DNA of 64,000 nt, taken from contig NC_086109.1 in the NCBI RefSeq assembly GCF_963921235.1, positions 4,466,001-4,530,000 of the forward strand. Direction: 5' to 3'. Positions 62,457 through 64,000 of the stretch are shown here, in pieces. How positions within the stretch are numbered: the first letter of the stretch is position 1; each line of letters starts with the position of its first letter. This stretch comes from Mobula hypostoma (Eukaryota). The translations under genes were made by a program, and so were the position numbers. The notes beneath the pieces are model-generated. The model was not told the origin of the DNA, made no database searches, and saw nothing but the letters and a program-made list of their open reading frames with translations.

Positions 62457-63000
62457 CGGACATCCCATCCCGCAAAAACTCATTTCAGGGAGGTAGCACC
62501 ATTGCGGGAGACTCCCGGAACTTCCGGGAGAGGTGGGATGTCTGCAATAGAGTAGCTCCTTAGCAGCCAGCCAACTAGTTTAAATAACGTTAGCTATGCT
62601 AATGAACGAATAACACCTGTTAAACTCACCTCACCATGTCTTTTATAGTCTTAACCCACCATGGGCAATAGAAAAGTCACTGTTGCAAACAGTGCAGCGA
62701 GCAACACTGCCATTATTTTGACCCTTATTAGGCAGGGGACATTTTATTGTAGTCTGGAGTGACGTACGTTTTATATTTTTTGGAACACTGCCACTCTGAC
62801 CTTTTTTGGAACTCTCTTGCTCATGCGCACTCTCTCGCTCCTGGTGGCTCTCACTCACACTTGCTCTCTCTCGCACATTCTCTCTCGCTCGCTCTCAAAA
62901 AAATCAATTTCCAGGACATTGTATATAATTTGCGGGCATCAGGGAGCCACTATTAATTTGCGGGAGACTCCCGGAACTTCCGGGAGAGGTGGGATATCTG
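62457..63000 (-). mobile_element. Non-autonomous hAT-like DNA transposon with BED-finger relic
   Basis: Inverted termini cggacatccca and tgggatatctg; flanking ccagac direct repeats (62451-62456, 63001-63006); an about 44-bp internal direct repeat (62502-62545 and 62958-63001); minus frame ARCTVCNSDFSIAHGG. Confidence 0.6.
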
Positions 63001-63019
63001 CCAGACCATTATCTCCCAC

Positions 63020-64000
63020 ACCATCATCATCATCGTCAGGTGCCATGCCCAGTTTAAGCTTTGACTGCCATGGCCCACACACTCCTGTTTCGGGTCAAGT
63101 GGATCAATTCATTTGTATTCATTTCCAGTTCTCTGGCTGCTGTCTCCATCATCATTTGTCTTTGCCTTCCTCTTGCTTTCTTCCCTTCAATCTTTCCCAT
63201 AATTACCGCGCACTCTAACTCTTCTTTCCTAATCACATGTCCAATGAAGTTACTTTGCCTTTTCATGATCTCATCATTATTTTTGTGCTTGCTCTGTTCA
63301 TGACATCCTTAGATATTTGTTACATCCATGATATTCTTTGCATCTTCCTCAAAAACCACATCTCTGCTGCTTCAATTCGTTTCCACATGTTACTAGATAT
63401 TGCCCAACATTCTGATCCATACATATAAGCATCCATTAGTCTCATGAGACAGCCAGGCAAGGTTGTGTGGAAGACCAGCAGTTGCCCATGCTGCAAGTCT
63501 CCCCTCTCCATGCCACTAATGTTGTCCACGGGAAGGGCATTAGGACCCATACAGCTTGGCACCAGTGTCATCACAGAGCAATGTGTGGTTAAGTGCCTTG
63601 CTCAAGGACACAACGCGCTGCCTCAGCCAAGGCTTGAACTGGCAACCTTCAAAACACTGGATGAACGCCGTAACCACTTGGCCACGCGCCAACACGATCC
63701 ATATAACATAACTAGGTAAACATAACGCTTCAGTACTCTGAGGCAGGTTGCCATGCCTAGTTTAGTGTTGGTCAGTATACTCCTCATTCTCATAAAGGTG
63801 TCTTTTGCCATCCCTATTCTTTTGATGTCCATGTCGCACCTGCCATCTGATGTCACCCAGCTTCCTAAATAGCAAAAGTTCCGTACTTGTTTTATGTCTT
63901 CCCCGTTTATTCTGAACCTGCAGATAGGATTCTCCTTCTTTTTGGATATCACCATACAATGTGTCTTTTTGTGATTGAGAGATAGACCCATTTCGGCACT
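63020..64000 (-). mobile_element. RTE-clade LINE 3' part with (GAT)n tail, interrupted by a SINE at about 63425-63695
   Basis: GLSLNHKKT...FCYLGS, YGSECW...IEAAEMWFLRKMQRISW, FIGHVIR...GKIEGKKARGRQR; gatccata repeated at 63414 and 63696 as TSD. Confidence 0.85.

Noticed and set aside
1..64000. CRISPR arrays, rRNA, true tRNA genes or prokaryotic operons
   Set aside because: None seen. The tRNA-like boxes belong to SINE heads, and the many short ORFs are TE remnants or chance frames.

Overview
Vertebrate genomic DNA, probably from a cartilaginous fish (inferred from the CR1, Rex/Babar, L2, Penelope, V-SINE and Tc1 repeat landscape). Almost the whole window is one minus-strand gene (about 62144 to 1268), which I assembled by hand from GT-AG exons with consistent phases. 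It encodes a signal peptide, ten complement-control-protein (CCP/sushi) domains in the mosaic order A-B-C-D-C-D-D-B-C-B (each B split over a 97+74 nt exon pair, the split-CCP hallmark of RCA genes), a short basic stalk, a transmembrane exon and a candidate very short tail. The model has 18 exons and 2058 nt (685 aa). It looks like a CD46/CR1/C4BP-like regulator of complement activation expanded by exon duplication. The introns are dominated by decayed retroelements, one apparently young CR1 with an intact RT frame, Penelope termini carrying minimal hammerhead-ribozyme motifs, Tc1 and hAT relics and SINEs. A CpG-rich promoter with YY1/ETS motifs lies at about 62.05-62.35 kb. Repeat boundaries are approximate unless a target-site duplication (TSD) is given, and the stalk and tail exons are less certain than the CCP exons.
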